From: a virus
Reading direction: 5' to 3' (one strand)
DNA: 64,000 nt
Virus record (IMG/VR): IMGVR_UViG_3300035698_022838
Location: 1 to 64,000 of that record
Under the pieces are notes generated by a model, which ran no database searches, was not told the DNA's origin, and saw only the letters and a list, made by a program, of their open reading frames with translations. The stretch's first letter is position 1; every line of letters begins with the position of its first letter. The translations under genes were made by a program, and so were the position numbers. Shown here one piece after another: positions 47,524-57,288 of the stretch.

Positions 47524-47973
47524 TTATTTTATGGTACTACCTCTCAAATACTCCTCAAGTGCAATTCTTTGTTTTATTCCATATAACATATGATCAACGG
47601 TCTGTACTGTTTGATCCACATATTTACGGTGACCCTCGACTAGTTCCATTTTTTCAGTTATCTCTGATAGATCTGATTCAATTAGAGTTTTCATTTCGGT
47701 TGAGTTATATCGAACATCGCGTTTCTCTGTATATTCTTTTAACTTAACTGCTCTTTTCTGACGTTCTTTTGTAGAAAGTTTAGATATTATTTGAGCAAGC
47801 TTAAATCCATATTCTATTAATACCTGTCTAGTTGAAAATAATTCAACCTGTGCAGGTGCTACTGTTCTAATGTCTTTAAGTTTTAGAGCTATAGCCTGAA
47901 TTTTTTCTCTCCATTCAGTTCGTTCATTCTCGAAAACTTTAGCATAGTCTATTTTCTTTTTTTCTTCTGACAT
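47524..47973 (-). CDS. UvsY-like recombination mediator
   Basis: Helical 149 aa next to uvsW; 'IESD.S......L........Q....D...Y.IK..I.L'. Confidence 0.65.
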   Translation of the reverse strand: MSEEKKKIDYAKVFENERTEWREKIQAIALKLKDIRTVAPAQVELFSTRQVLIEYGFKLAQIISKLSTKERQKRAVKLKEYTEKRDVRYNSTEMKTLIESDLSEITEKMELVEGHRKYVDQTVQTVDHMLYGIKQRIALEEYLRGSTIK

Positions 47974-47974
47974 A

Positions 47975-48193
47975 TTAAAATAGTTTAGTACCCTTTACCT
48001 TTGGTTGTTTCTTATTAATATCAACTTCAGTAAACTTCGTTTCTTTCAATCTTGGTTCCTCTAATTCAAAATCCTCTTTAATCTCTCCTAAAGCCACTAA
48101 GTCCTCTGTGATAAACAAAGTAACTGGAAATTTAATTCTTCCACCCTTATCTTTCTTTTTTGGGTGTTCTCCCCACATCATTTGCTCAGCCAT
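47975..48193 (-). CDS. Hypothetical protein
   Basis: 72 aa, overlapping primase stop. Confidence 0.55.
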   Translation of the reverse strand: MAEQMMWGEHPKKKDKGGRIKFPVTLFITEDLVALGEIKEDFELEEPRLKETKFTEVDINKKQPKVKGTKLF

Positions 48194-49247
48194 CTATAAA
48201 ATCTAATAAATCAAGTACTTCTTCTGTGAAATAACCATCAAACCTTTGTATCTTTATTCTTTTAGCTCTTAGATAATTGACAAGATCGTTTAAATCCCAC
48301 TTCCTATTTATCGGTAAGTCATGATCAACCAAAAACTTCTTCCAATTAAACACAGTTGCCCCTTGAGTTAATAGTTCAGAATTCTTCTCCCTACCTGCAT
48401 TGTCCCAGTCATACCAATATTGAATATTTTCAATCTCGAATGGGAATTTGTTCTCAATAGAACAAAGTGCTACTGAGTTTGGCCAGAACCAAGAATCCAT
48501 TGGACCTTCAAATATAGTTATTTGTCGATCAAATGCTACTGTACCGATATTAAAAACGTGTGAAACTGGGTCTATTTTTCGTGCCTCTGTTAGGAAAGCT
48601 TCATCTGTTATTTTATAAAGTTTTTCCCAAATCCCACTAAGCTTATATGTATAATACTTAGAACCAAATTTACTGTTCATATTTCTGAACTGTAAACCTA
48701 TAATCTCATTATTTCTAGTTAGATTAAAAAGATATAATTTTCCATTTTTCTTATCCCATGCAAACCTATTATCTAACGGTTGATTTCTTCTTATTAAATA
48801 TGTTTCTATACTTGAACCCTTTACATTTTCTAAACCAAACCTTTCAACAAAGGAGTTTCTAGGGATAACAACTTTTGAAAAATCAGTATTGAATAACATA
48901 GAAATATCAACGTCACCGTATATAGTTCTCCGTTTTTCTTTACCTTCTTTTATTATTGTAAACACTTCAGATTTTTCCTCTGAAGTTAATTTATTGGTTA
49001 GACCATAGTCATCTAACATTGAATAAATATCCTTAAATATCCCACAACCCCCATTATAACACTTATATGCTAATGTAGTGAAGTAGAAATTTCCTCTCTT
49101 CTTTCTTGGATTTTTACTATCACCACAATATGGGCAAGAAAAATTTAACCTACTATCTGCTGGGTAAATTTCTTGTTTAGCGAAATCTCCTGGGAATTCC
49201 TTTTTGAGAATATCTTTTAGAAGTCCTTCTATTTTTACTAGATCCAT
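48186..49247 (-). CDS. DNA primase (T4 gp61-like)
   Basis: 'NFSCPYCGDS....K.RG......YKCYN.GC', 'YL..R', TOPRIM 'FEGP.DS', 'D.D.AG', 'DLND'. Confidence 0.92.
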   Translation of the reverse strand: MDLVKIEGLLKDILKKEFPGDFAKQEIYPADSRLNFSCPYCGDSKNPRKKRGNFYFTTLAYKCYNGGCGIFKDIYSMLDDYGLTNKLTSEEKSEVFTIIKEGKEKRRTIYGDVDISMLFNTDFSKVVIPRNSFVERFGLENVKGSSIETYLIRRNQPLDNRFAWDKKNGKLYLFNLTRNNEIIGLQFRNMNSKFGSKYYTYKLSGIWEKLYKITDEAFLTEARKIDPVSHVFNIGTVAFDRQITIFEGPMDSWFWPNSVALCSIENKFPFEIENIQYWYDWDNAGREKNSELLTQGATVFNWKKFLVDHDLPINRKWDLNDLVNYLRAKRIKIQRFDGYFTEEVLDLLDFIDG

Positions 49248-49262
49248 ATACTTGGTTTTAAT

Positions 49263-49297
49263 AAAAAGGGATAGAATATAATAATCCTATCCCTTTT
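49263..49297 (-). terminator. Intrinsic terminator after gp32
   Basis: AAAAGGGATAG-N12-CTATCCCTTTT. Confidence 0.8.
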
Positions 49298-49312
49298 AGT
49301 ATTTAATGGATT

Positions 49313-50338
49313 TTAAAGGTCTTTGTATAGATCATCTAATGATGATGCTGCGTTTCCAGTTGTTACCAGAGGTGCAACTGGAGGTGCAACTGGAGGCGTA
49401 GTATTTTCGCCGATCTTAGTTGCATTAACTTCTTCGTGAATTTTACCTATATCATTTCCAGCTGGTGGAACATGTGCAGGTATTTCTACTGGTGGTGTTT
49501 CCACTGGTGGTATTGATGCAGCTGTTGGCGTTGATGTAGCTGCTATATTTACACTACCAATTACTTCATTAACCATTCTACCATCAGGCACAGTAGCTTG
49601 GATGATACCCAAGACTCTTTCAGTTAATGCGCTATCCCAATCCTTATATTCGAAACTAGTCAAGTTATCAGGTCCAGTTTTTAGGAATTCCATAATAGTA
49701 TCCATATCTGTCTGATTTTTTGCCATTGATTTTCCTTCTACTGCAATCGCACAAGGATCACCTACGAACGAACACATATCATAATTATTCCATTCGCCAA
49801 CTTTCCTAGTGTGTATATTGAAAAGTTTACCTTCGAAAAGATCGAATGGATTACATGACTTAGAATAAGATGAGGTAGGCTTAATTTGTGCTTCTAGCAT
49901 CTCGTTGACTTTCTTTCCGTATTTGAAAATCATGATTTTGCCTTCGAATTCTGCATTGTTTTTATCTTCTACAATTTGTACTAGAGAATAATAATCCTCT
50001 TTCCTACCAAAATTCTTAGCTAAATCTTGGTCTGCTGCAGAATGCGAATTCTTAAGCTTCCAAAACATATCCTTTAATATAGATTTCTTACCAACTGTTG
50101 ACGGGCAATCCACTGGGAAGCTGTCTCCTGTAGCAGGGTCATCTAAATAAACGTAATACTTTTGGATTTTGGATTTGGAAACATCTGCGTGGTTTGGTAA
50201 AAACCTGATGATTGATTCGTAGATACCGTCTTTTCCGTTTTCTGGGTATGGCTTATAAAAGCCTGAATCCGTTCCTTCTCCTTTTGGTTTGTTTACAAAA
50301 TCTTGGGTGTCCAAGTTAAAAATGTCTAAATTACTCAT
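49313..50338 (-). CDS. Single-stranded DNA-binding protein (T4 gp32-like)
   Basis: 'IIRFLP', 'CPST.G', 'EGKI.IFKYGKK', 'NPFDLFEG..F', 'NNYD...F', acidic tail 'LDDLYKDL'. Confidence 0.92.
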   Translation of the reverse strand: MSNLDIFNLDTQDFVNKPKGEGTDSGFYKPYPENGKDGIYESIIRFLPNHADVSKSKIQKYYVYLDDPATGDSFPVDCPSTVGKKSILKDMFWKLKNSHSAADQDLAKNFGRKEDYYSLVQIVEDKNNAEFEGKIMIFKYGKKVNEMLEAQIKPTSSYSKSCNPFDLFEGKLFNIHTRKVGEWNNYDMCSFVGDPCAIAVEGKSMAKNQTDMDTIMEFLKTGPDNLTSFEYKDWDSALTERVLGIIQATVPDGRMVNEVIGSVNIAATSTPTAASIPPVETPPVEIPAHVPPAGNDIGKIHEEVNATKIGENTTPPVAPPVAPLVTTGNAASSLDDLYKDL

Positions 50339-50406
50339 ATTCCTTAAATTATTTTTGAATGTTTCTTAATATTATCTCTAAATTCCTTAAAAGTTTCCCT
50401 TAAAGT

Positions 50407-51084
50407 CTATATATCTTTTTTTTCTTCTGAAAAGTGTGATTTTAGGAATAAAGTTACCCAAAATGCGTCAATTAAATCATCTATAGGCTTATTGATAGCC
50501 AATGACTTAGTGATCCACTCTTCCTTATTATCAGCAAGTATAGTAGTGAAGATTTCCAAATTAGTTTCATCCTCTTTATGATTAATTATTACATCATATA
50601 ACTCATGCTTTTTAGCATTACCCTTAAATGCAAACTTCTTTACTGTAGTAGGAGAGAATACGTAAAAGTTTTCGCTACCTACCATTTCTATTATCTCTTT
50701 TCTCAATAAAGCAGTGGCCATTGATATGTCAATTAAAGCATTACCAGCGGAAGCAAAACTTAGTCCCTCTATAGCTACTACGAACTCATCATCACCTACA
50801 AGCTCTAAAATTCTAGACCAAAATTTATCAACTAATTCTATGAAATAATCAATCTTAATTCTTTCTCGCTCGACGTAATCCTTTGGTATAACTTTCTTAT
50901 CCATGAAGATAAGGTCCACCATATCAACATCATCTAAGATTGCAAAAGGCTTTACCTTAGTTTTTTTGAGTGACTCTGGTGTACGTTCGCTTCTAGTTAA
51001 AGAGCCAAAGTGAAATTGATTATCTTTTAATATGCAAAATGCAGGGGAATTTAACGAGAAGTCAATACCAACTAGTGTTTTCAA
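50407..51084 (-). CDS. RuvC-like (RNase H fold) nuclease / Holliday junction resolvase
   Basis: 'GIDFSLNSP', 'IEG.SF', 'P.TVKKFA..GNA.K', 'DD..DA'. Confidence 0.8.
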   Translation of the reverse strand: MKTLVGIDFSLNSPAFCILKDNQFHFGSLTRSERTPESLKKTKVKPFAILDDVDMVDLIFMDKKVIPKDYVERERIKIDYFIELVDKFWSRILELVGDDEFVVAIEGLSFASAGNALIDISMATALLRKEIIEMVGSENFYVFSPTTVKKFAFKGNAKKHELYDVIINHKEDETNLEIFTTILADNKEEWITKSLAINKPIDDLIDAFWVTLFLKSHFSEEKKDI

Positions 51085-51123
51085 TGTATTAGTTTTAAAT
51101 GGTTATGGTGTATATATCACCAC

Positions 51124-51148
51124 AAAAAAAGAGGGAAATAATCCCTCT
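51124..51148 (-). terminator. Intrinsic terminator
   Basis: A-tract+GAGGGA-aataa-TCCCTCT. Confidence 0.7.
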
Positions 51149-51170
51149 CAAATAAATTATGTGGTTAATC

Positions 51171-51416
51171 TTAGATAGCAGGTTTTACCGCTTCTCCTTT
51201 TTTACCAGTGTAGTTGTATTCATTTGTTAGTTTATCATAACATTTTTTCATAGATTCTTCCGTTAAACAATCGACAATGTCATTTAAAACTCTTTGGTCG
51301 TTACCTGAAGCAGCAACTAAAAGATCTTTCATGTGTTGTTTTAGATCTGCTTTACCTGCCATAGGTTGGCCATATTTCATTTCGTTAATCTTTTCTAGGT
51401 CTGAATATGTTTTCAT
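51171..51416 (-). CDS. Putative internal head protein (CTS-like N-terminus)
   Basis: Starts MKTYSDLEKINE; GATATATA at 51438-51445. Confidence 0.55.
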   Translation of the reverse strand: MKTYSDLEKINEMKYGQPMAGKADLKQHMKDLLVAASGNDQRVLNDIVDCLTEESMKKCYDKLTNEYNYTGKKGEAVKPAI

Positions 51417-51445
51417 AATATTATATTTTTTCTATCTTATATATC

Positions 51446-52006
51446 TTACTCGTCTTTACCAATTTCGAGATCCACGTCCATATAGTTACATTTAAACATA
51501 ACATTGAATGTATGTACTGCTGGAGCATTCTGTGTATAGCTCAATTCTAGGTTAGACATTCCAGTAACTGTAACTTCTTTAAACATCAAAGTAGTTACGA
51601 TTACTCCATCATTATTAAGTATTCTAACTGGTAAATTTTGTATGAAAAGTTCCTTATTTTTGAAATTTAACTTATCTAGAATTGTTTCTAGCATTATAAA
51701 GTAATTTATAAAACCTGACGAAATTCTAAAAGAAACTTCGAAATCTCTACTAAATAAATCCTGTACCGGTGTAGCACTTTGATAATTAACTATTTTACCA
51801 AGGTTCCTAACTTGCTGAACAAGATCTATATTAATTGATGGAATAGCAACACTTTGTATAGTACTGTTCATATATGACGTTAATGTATCATAAGGATTCG
51901 GTGTTTTCTTTAGGTAGTCTATATATTTTTTATGCACCCTGTCAGGAAAAAATCCTTTTGGGAATACAAAATAAAAACTATTACCTCTTGCGTTTAATAT
52001 AGCCAT
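51446..52006 (-). CDS. Tail tube-fold protein (gp19/gp3/gp54-like)
   Basis: 'IQSV.IP......', 'F.V.FR', 'F..V...G.S.LELSY......TF.V.F..N'. Confidence 0.6.
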   Translation of the reverse strand: MAILNARGNSFYFVFPKGFFPDRVHKKYIDYLKKTPNPYDTLTSYMNSTIQSVAIPSINIDLVQQVRNLGKIVNYQSATPVQDLFSRDFEVSFRISSGFINYFIMLETILDKLNFKNKELFIQNLPVRILNNDGVIVTTLMFKEVTVTGMSNLELSYTQNAPAVHTFNVMFKCNYMDVDLEIGKDE

Positions 52007-52015
52007 AATTTTCTA

Positions 52016-54577
52016 TTATACTTGATGTGGGAATCTCGGGTTTCCGCCAGGACGTCCTGAACCTCCGCTATCACTTCCGCTTTGATTTGATGAAGATCCT
52101 CCTTGTGAAGCAGAACCACCATTACTCTGTCCTCCTTCAGTATTCCCGTAATTATCTAAAAGAATCATATCTCTAGCACTAAATATACCAGAAACAGCTA
52201 CTTTAAATATTGCTTTATCTATACCTTCATATAATTTAAAACCAGGAGACGATGGATCTAAGAAATATTTTATAATTTCATTAGTTGTCCAACCTAACGC
52301 GATTTTTCCTTGTACATCAGATGCTATAGATGAAACTAGTTCTTTCATAGCAAGTTTAGCTGGTATCGGACTTGGTTTAACTGGATCTGCTGTTCCTGAA
52401 GTTCCTGATTTTTTACCACCTTTACTTCCACTTACTTGCCAAGAACTCTTACCAACGCCCTTTTTACTAGCTACTTCTGTAGTAGTTTTACTATCTAATA
52501 TTACTTTAGTTTCATCTAATATTGAGGTAACACTTGGTTCATCTTTACCTTCTCCTTCTTTAAGCCATTTACCCCAATAAATAGTAGATGTTGACTTAGA
52601 AGTTATTCTAGCACTATTTCTTGATATCTTCTTGGATGTACCAAAAACCGAACTCTCTTTAGCTGCCATAGTAATATCCTTGATTGAATCATCTAATGCA
52701 ACTGACTTTTTAGCAAGTCTCTCTTTAACTGAACTAACCTTAGATATGCCAAGAGGTGATTCAGGTAAAGTACTATCAGAAGGTCTATTACTGATATAGA
52801 AATTTCTGTTTGTAAATTGGAGTACCTGCGTGGAAAGAGATTCATCAACTTTAAAAGCAAGTTCTCCTTTACCTGGATTTGCTAGATTTTTATCAGTTAT
52901 ACTTGGTGCAGATACTTTGTTAGTTTTATTATCAATAAATACCATTGTATAATTTCCAGATGCTGATAGATCTAATTCTTTAGTACTCCCATCTCCACTT
53001 TTTTGGTATAATGTAAATTTATAATAGTTATCAAATGGGGATATTGTTATATGTGCTTTACCCATACCATATGAAATTGGTAATCTTCTTAAATTACCAT
53101 CATCTGAATTAGTGCTTATTCTTCTAGTTGGATCAGTATTTATTTCACTTAAACTGGTACCAATTTCTCTAGTATTAGCTCTTTCTGAACGAATACCGAT
53201 TTCCTTAATATCAGTTCCACCAATATTAAGATTTGATACTGTAGTATTAACAGAAACTTTATCTATAAACACATTAGAATATTTAACTATTTGCTCCACT
53301 AGTGGCACTTCCTCGGGTATTGATATATCTACTCGGTTTGCTACTTTATTATAAATCTTTTGTTGTTGGGGTAATATAGATAACGTCAATGGAGTTATAG
53401 TTAAACCATAGCTACTAGGATCACTAGATGTATATGTTGCTATTCTAATTAATCTGGATTGATCTTTTGAATTAATTAAAGTCATTGTATATCTTAATGT
53501 AAAACTTGTCGCAACTGATGCATATTGTACGATTGGTCTAAATAATAGAGGTACATCATAAGCACTTGTTTGTATACTCGTAAAGTTAGACGTTTCAATT
53601 AATGCTGCACCTATTTGCTCTAATACCTCTATTGCATGTTGAATATAATAGCTATTTCCTATAGAATTTTGAAATAAAATAAAATCTTCAGGAAATCCAC
53701 CATTATCAGTTGCAAAATACTCAAAGAAATCTCCAGTGTCAGCAGGACCTATATGTGCACCAAGATCGCTATATGGATCAGTAGTTTCTAATGATAGTAA
53801 TGCTGATAGTTGTGTACCATAAGTATCATAACCACTAGTCGGTGTTGTATTTAATATCTCATAAGCTTTTATTCTTATTGGTGGTCCCATGAGATAACCA
53901 TTTCCACTTTTACTTGTAAGAGCACTTAATGTTTTTGGTTTATTTGAAGCTGAAGCTGCCTGATATTTATTATTCATATCAGCTAAACTAGGTATTTTAA
54001 CTTCAAAATATTTATCATATATATTAGCTCCAATCGTTAATGGACTTGGATTTAATGTATATTCTTGAACAGAACCCTTAGAGATTTTAATCTGTGAAAC
54101 AGTAACGTATGATCCATCAGTATCTGGATATTGTATAGTTACAATTAAGCCATCTATATTATCCAGATTATAACCAGCTAAAATGTGATACCTAACGCTA
54201 TCGTAAATCACGCTAATATTACTTGGAAATGTGATTTCTAAATTTGCAGTAGATGTTAAACCACTATTAAAATCGTTATATGGTATAATTAAATTTGGAT
54301 TTAATGTTATGAACGAACTATCAGTTACCTTAACTACACTATTGAGACGTGTATTCTGAGTAATTGATGAATCCTCATCTAAGTTGAAAATTTGGGCATC
54401 ATTTGTAACTTCACCATTAGTATCGGTTAAAACGCCATTAATGAGTTTATTATACCCAACTGTTGTCACTCCAGTATTAACTGGATACGTCTCAGGATTT
54501 GGTTGATCTGCATACAAGTATTCCATTACCAGGTAAGGAGCTAATTGTACATATTTTGATGTGGTTGTGAAACTCAT
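52016..54577 (-). CDS. Large putative virion structural protein
   Basis: 853 aa, S/T/N-rich, in structural block, AATATATA upstream. Confidence 0.55.
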   Translation of the reverse strand: MSFTTTSKYVQLAPYLVMEYLYADQPNPETYPVNTGVTTVGYNKLINGVLTDTNGEVTNDAQIFNLDEDSSITQNTRLNSVVKVTDSSFITLNPNLIIPYNDFNSGLTSTANLEITFPSNISVIYDSVRYHILAGYNLDNIDGLIVTIQYPDTDGSYVTVSQIKISKGSVQEYTLNPSPLTIGANIYDKYFEVKIPSLADMNNKYQAASASNKPKTLSALTSKSGNGYLMGPPIRIKAYEILNTTPTSGYDTYGTQLSALLSLETTDPYSDLGAHIGPADTGDFFEYFATDNGGFPEDFILFQNSIGNSYYIQHAIEVLEQIGAALIETSNFTSIQTSAYDVPLLFRPIVQYASVATSFTLRYTMTLINSKDQSRLIRIATYTSSDPSSYGLTITPLTLSILPQQQKIYNKVANRVDISIPEEVPLVEQIVKYSNVFIDKVSVNTTVSNLNIGGTDIKEIGIRSERANTREIGTSLSEINTDPTRRISTNSDDGNLRRLPISYGMGKAHITISPFDNYYKFTLYQKSGDGSTKELDLSASGNYTMVFIDNKTNKVSAPSITDKNLANPGKGELAFKVDESLSTQVLQFTNRNFYISNRPSDSTLPESPLGISKVSSVKERLAKKSVALDDSIKDITMAAKESSVFGTSKKISRNSARITSKSTSTIYWGKWLKEGEGKDEPSVTSILDETKVILDSKTTTEVASKKGVGKSSWQVSGSKGGKKSGTSGTADPVKPSPIPAKLAMKELVSSIASDVQGKIALGWTTNEIIKYFLDPSSPGFKLYEGIDKAIFKVAVSGIFSARDMILLDNYGNTEGGQSNGGSASQGGSSSNQSGSDSGGSGRPGGNPRFPHQV

Positions 54578-54590
54578 TTAACTATATATT

Positions 54591-55409
54591 TTATTTTCCA
54601 AATTGAAGCCATTTAGGTGAATAATAAATACCTACACCTATCATAGGTCCACTTGAATATCCATTCTCACTGAAAAGAAGTCCATATCCAGCATTGAAAC
54701 CAATACCAAATGATTTTCTTTCATCTCTAAGTGCTTTTCTTGTTTCAGTATCTACTATATCCAATGCTTTTATATCATTAAATGTGATATTTGGATATTT
54801 GGTTGATATTCTAACATAAAGCATACCATCTTTAGGGTTTCTATATAAACCAGTAGTTAAACTAACTTTTTGCGATATATTCAACTGCGCTTTATCAGCA
54901 AACAACAGTGGTTTGAAATTAAACTTATTGGTTGATTCATCTAAAGTACTATCCAATTCTAAGGTGTATGGAATTTTCACGTCTATTTTTAGATCATTAT
55001 CACCAGGAAGATCTGGGTTATGTACGAACGAAAGACTAGTATCTGGGTTCATAAAGACAGGGATTTCCACTATACTATCAATATAGACATATTTATATTC
55101 AATTACTGTTTTTGGCTTCTTACCTTTTACTAATTCAAGTTCAGCAATTATTTTCTTCTGTTCCTTGGATAGTTCTTTATATTTTAACTCGAGTGCAGCT
55201 TTTTCAGAAATTGTACTTCCCATCTCAGATTTTATAGATTTTATGGAATCATTCTGAGCTATATAATTTCTATAATTTCTATCTGCTTCATCTTTAGCTT
55301 CAGCTGATACGTCACATTGTCTGAACAATAAGAATATAAGTCCTGCAATCACTATAAATAATGTTAATTTAGAACTTAAGATTTCTAATATTTTACTTAT
55401 TTTTATCAT
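54591..55409 (-). CDS. Membrane-anchored coiled-coil protein (possible spanin-like lysis protein)
   Basis: N-terminal TM then 'RQC', coiled coil, C-terminal amphipathic beta hairpin 'FGIGFNAGYG...GVGIYYS'. Confidence 0.45.
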   Translation of the reverse strand: MIKISKILEILSSKLTLFIVIAGLIFLLFRQCDVSAEAKDEADRNYRNYIAQNDSIKSIKSEMGSTISEKAALELKYKELSKEQKKIIAELELVKGKKPKTVIEYKYVYIDSIVEIPVFMNPDTSLSFVHNPDLPGDNDLKIDVKIPYTLELDSTLDESTNKFNFKPLLFADKAQLNISQKVSLTTGLYRNPKDGMLYVRISTKYPNITFNDIKALDIVDTETRKALRDERKSFGIGFNAGYGLLFSENGYSSGPMIGVGIYYSPKWLQFGK

Positions 55410-55641
55410 CTATTTTATATGTTAATTGGATAGGATCTAATACACCCTGACCGTATTTCTTACTTAACTTCTCTACAAAAGTTCTCTCTTCATTTCTTAT
55501 TTTTTCTAAATTATCCAATAATTCATTAATACGAATTGATAATCCTTCCATTTCATTCTGGGTAATTTGGATTTCTGATCTATTTGATCTGAAATCGTCC
55601 TTTATTCTATTTGCTTTCTCTATTTCTTTTTTTGTTAGCAT
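55393..55641 (-). CDS. Small coiled-coil protein (possible fibre chaperone)
   Basis: 'L..KYG.G.LDP' C-terminus; follows fibre genes. Confidence 0.5.
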   Translation of the reverse strand: MLTKKEIEKANRIKDDFRSNRSEIQITQNEMEGLSIRINELLDNLEKIRNEERTFVEKLSKKYGQGVLDPIQLTYKIDDKNK

Positions 55642-55655
55642 ATTTATTTAATTAA

Positions 55656-57275
55656 TTAGCTTTTAGGTCCTATTGGGTCTGGATCAAATGGATCACTACT
55701 AGTTGACCCGCCAATTGGATCAATTGATCCGGGTATTACATAAACATAAGAAATCCAACCACATTTAAAATTACTATCTGGTCCGGTACCTCCGCCAGCA
55801 AATGTCCTATAGAAAGCTTCTGTTTTACCACTAAAAAATGTTAATTCGATATGTCTACATCCACCAGTAGCTCCAGTACCACCATCAGGAATACCAACAG
55901 TAATATCACTCCATGGGGGATATTGTTTCATTCTTATCCCACCAAAAGAATATTTATCACTATCCAAAAAGAAATTAAATGTTCTTTTCTTTGAACTTGA
56001 TACATCAACCCAAGAAAAATCATTACCTAGAGATAAATAAAATCTATCTGCATTACCATCAGATAAAGGAATTTTAGTATTTCCAATCTTTAAAGGGGTT
56101 ATTGTAACCTCATCACTAGATGGGACAGCTTCGACATAATTATTATTATAAGAACCTTTAGTAAATCTAGGTCCAATTACATAATCAACTAATTGTAAAT
56201 CTTTAACTATTAAACCGTTATCTGTGTCGCCAGTATTTCCAACAATAATTGGCCCATCATTTCTTACTTTAAAAATTGAATCCCCGCTAGCACCAATAGT
56301 ATTTAATAAAAATTTAGAACTATTTATATTATTAGTTTCTACAGATACACCATTACCCTTTGCTATTGTAAGTGTAATGATATTATCCCCTGTTGCAGAA
56401 GCAGTACAACCATCAGATACATTAACATCGAAGGAATTTGTACTTACATTAATATTATTTGATATTAGATTTAATTGTGAATTACTAACAAAACTCGCTG
56501 TTCCACCTTGCATAACAACATAAGTGCCAGTTTGGACATTCATATTACCATTTGAAATAAGAGAAGCAGTCCCACCCGTTGCTGATAATGTAATTTGATC
56601 CCCAGCAGATATAGTAAACTTATCACTACTAGTATATTTGATTGAATAATCGTTCGTCGAAGGAGAAGCCCAATATAAACCAGGTAAATTTGATTGTTGT
56701 TGAAAGGTCTTACCAAAAGCAATAAGAGGATTTTCTGAATCACTATTTGTCTCTATTAATAGCTTGGATAAATTTCGGTTTACATCTTCTATTCCAGCAC
56801 TTCTACTTAACAAAGCAAGACTATAATCTTGTGGTGTTCCTGGACTTCCTTTTATATGAATTGCATTATCTTCTGTTAATCCAGCAGGACCAGAGATTTC
56901 TTCTAGTATATCAAATATTGGAGTACTTAAAAGGCTATCAACTTCTTCCCATTCAAGTACACCATTATCCCATTCATATCTAAAAACTTTTTGATATCCA
57001 GTTGGTCCTAGATTAACCCATATATCGCCCTCATTAGAATCGGATGGTAATGGCTCAGTATAACTAAAATACCAATTAGAAGCTCTATCACCAGTAATCC
57101 CAAGGTTTCCGTCCCTACCAACCTGTCCCTTAATACCGGTTAAACCGGGTTCTCCAATCTCACCAGGTTTACCTATACCATTAAACAGTATTTGATCAAA
57201 GTTATAATTCGTTTTAAGAATTATTGCATCCTTGTTATCACCAGGTAACATATATTTTGTGTTAAAATTACTCAT
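55656..57275 (-). CDS. Tail fibre-like protein with short collagen segment (paralog B)
   Basis: ATG at 57275 (MSNFNTKYMLPGDN...NYNFDQI), GKPGEIGEPGLTGIKGQVG, then beta-helix-like S/T/N repeats. Confidence 0.7.
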   Translation of the reverse strand: MSNFNTKYMLPGDNKDAIILKTNYNFDQILFNGIGKPGEIGEPGLTGIKGQVGRDGNLGITGDRASNWYFSYTEPLPSDSNEGDIWVNLGPTGYQKVFRYEWDNGVLEWEEVDSLLSTPIFDILEEISGPAGLTEDNAIHIKGSPGTPQDYSLALLSRSAGIEDVNRNLSKLLIETNSDSENPLIAFGKTFQQQSNLPGLYWASPSTNDYSIKYTSSDKFTISAGDQITLSATGGTASLISNGNMNVQTGTYVVMQGGTASFVSNSQLNLISNNINVSTNSFDVNVSDGCTASATGDNIITLTIAKGNGVSVETNNINSSKFLLNTIGASGDSIFKVRNDGPIIVGNTGDTDNGLIVKDLQLVDYVIGPRFTKGSYNNNYVEAVPSSDEVTITPLKIGNTKIPLSDGNADRFYLSLGNDFSWVDVSSSKKRTFNFFLDSDKYSFGGIRMKQYPPWSDITVGIPDGGTGATGGCRHIELTFFSGKTEAFYRTFAGGGTGPDSNFKCGWISYVYVIPGSIDPIGGSTSSDPFDPDPIGPKS

Positions 57276-57288
57276 ATAATTATTTGAT

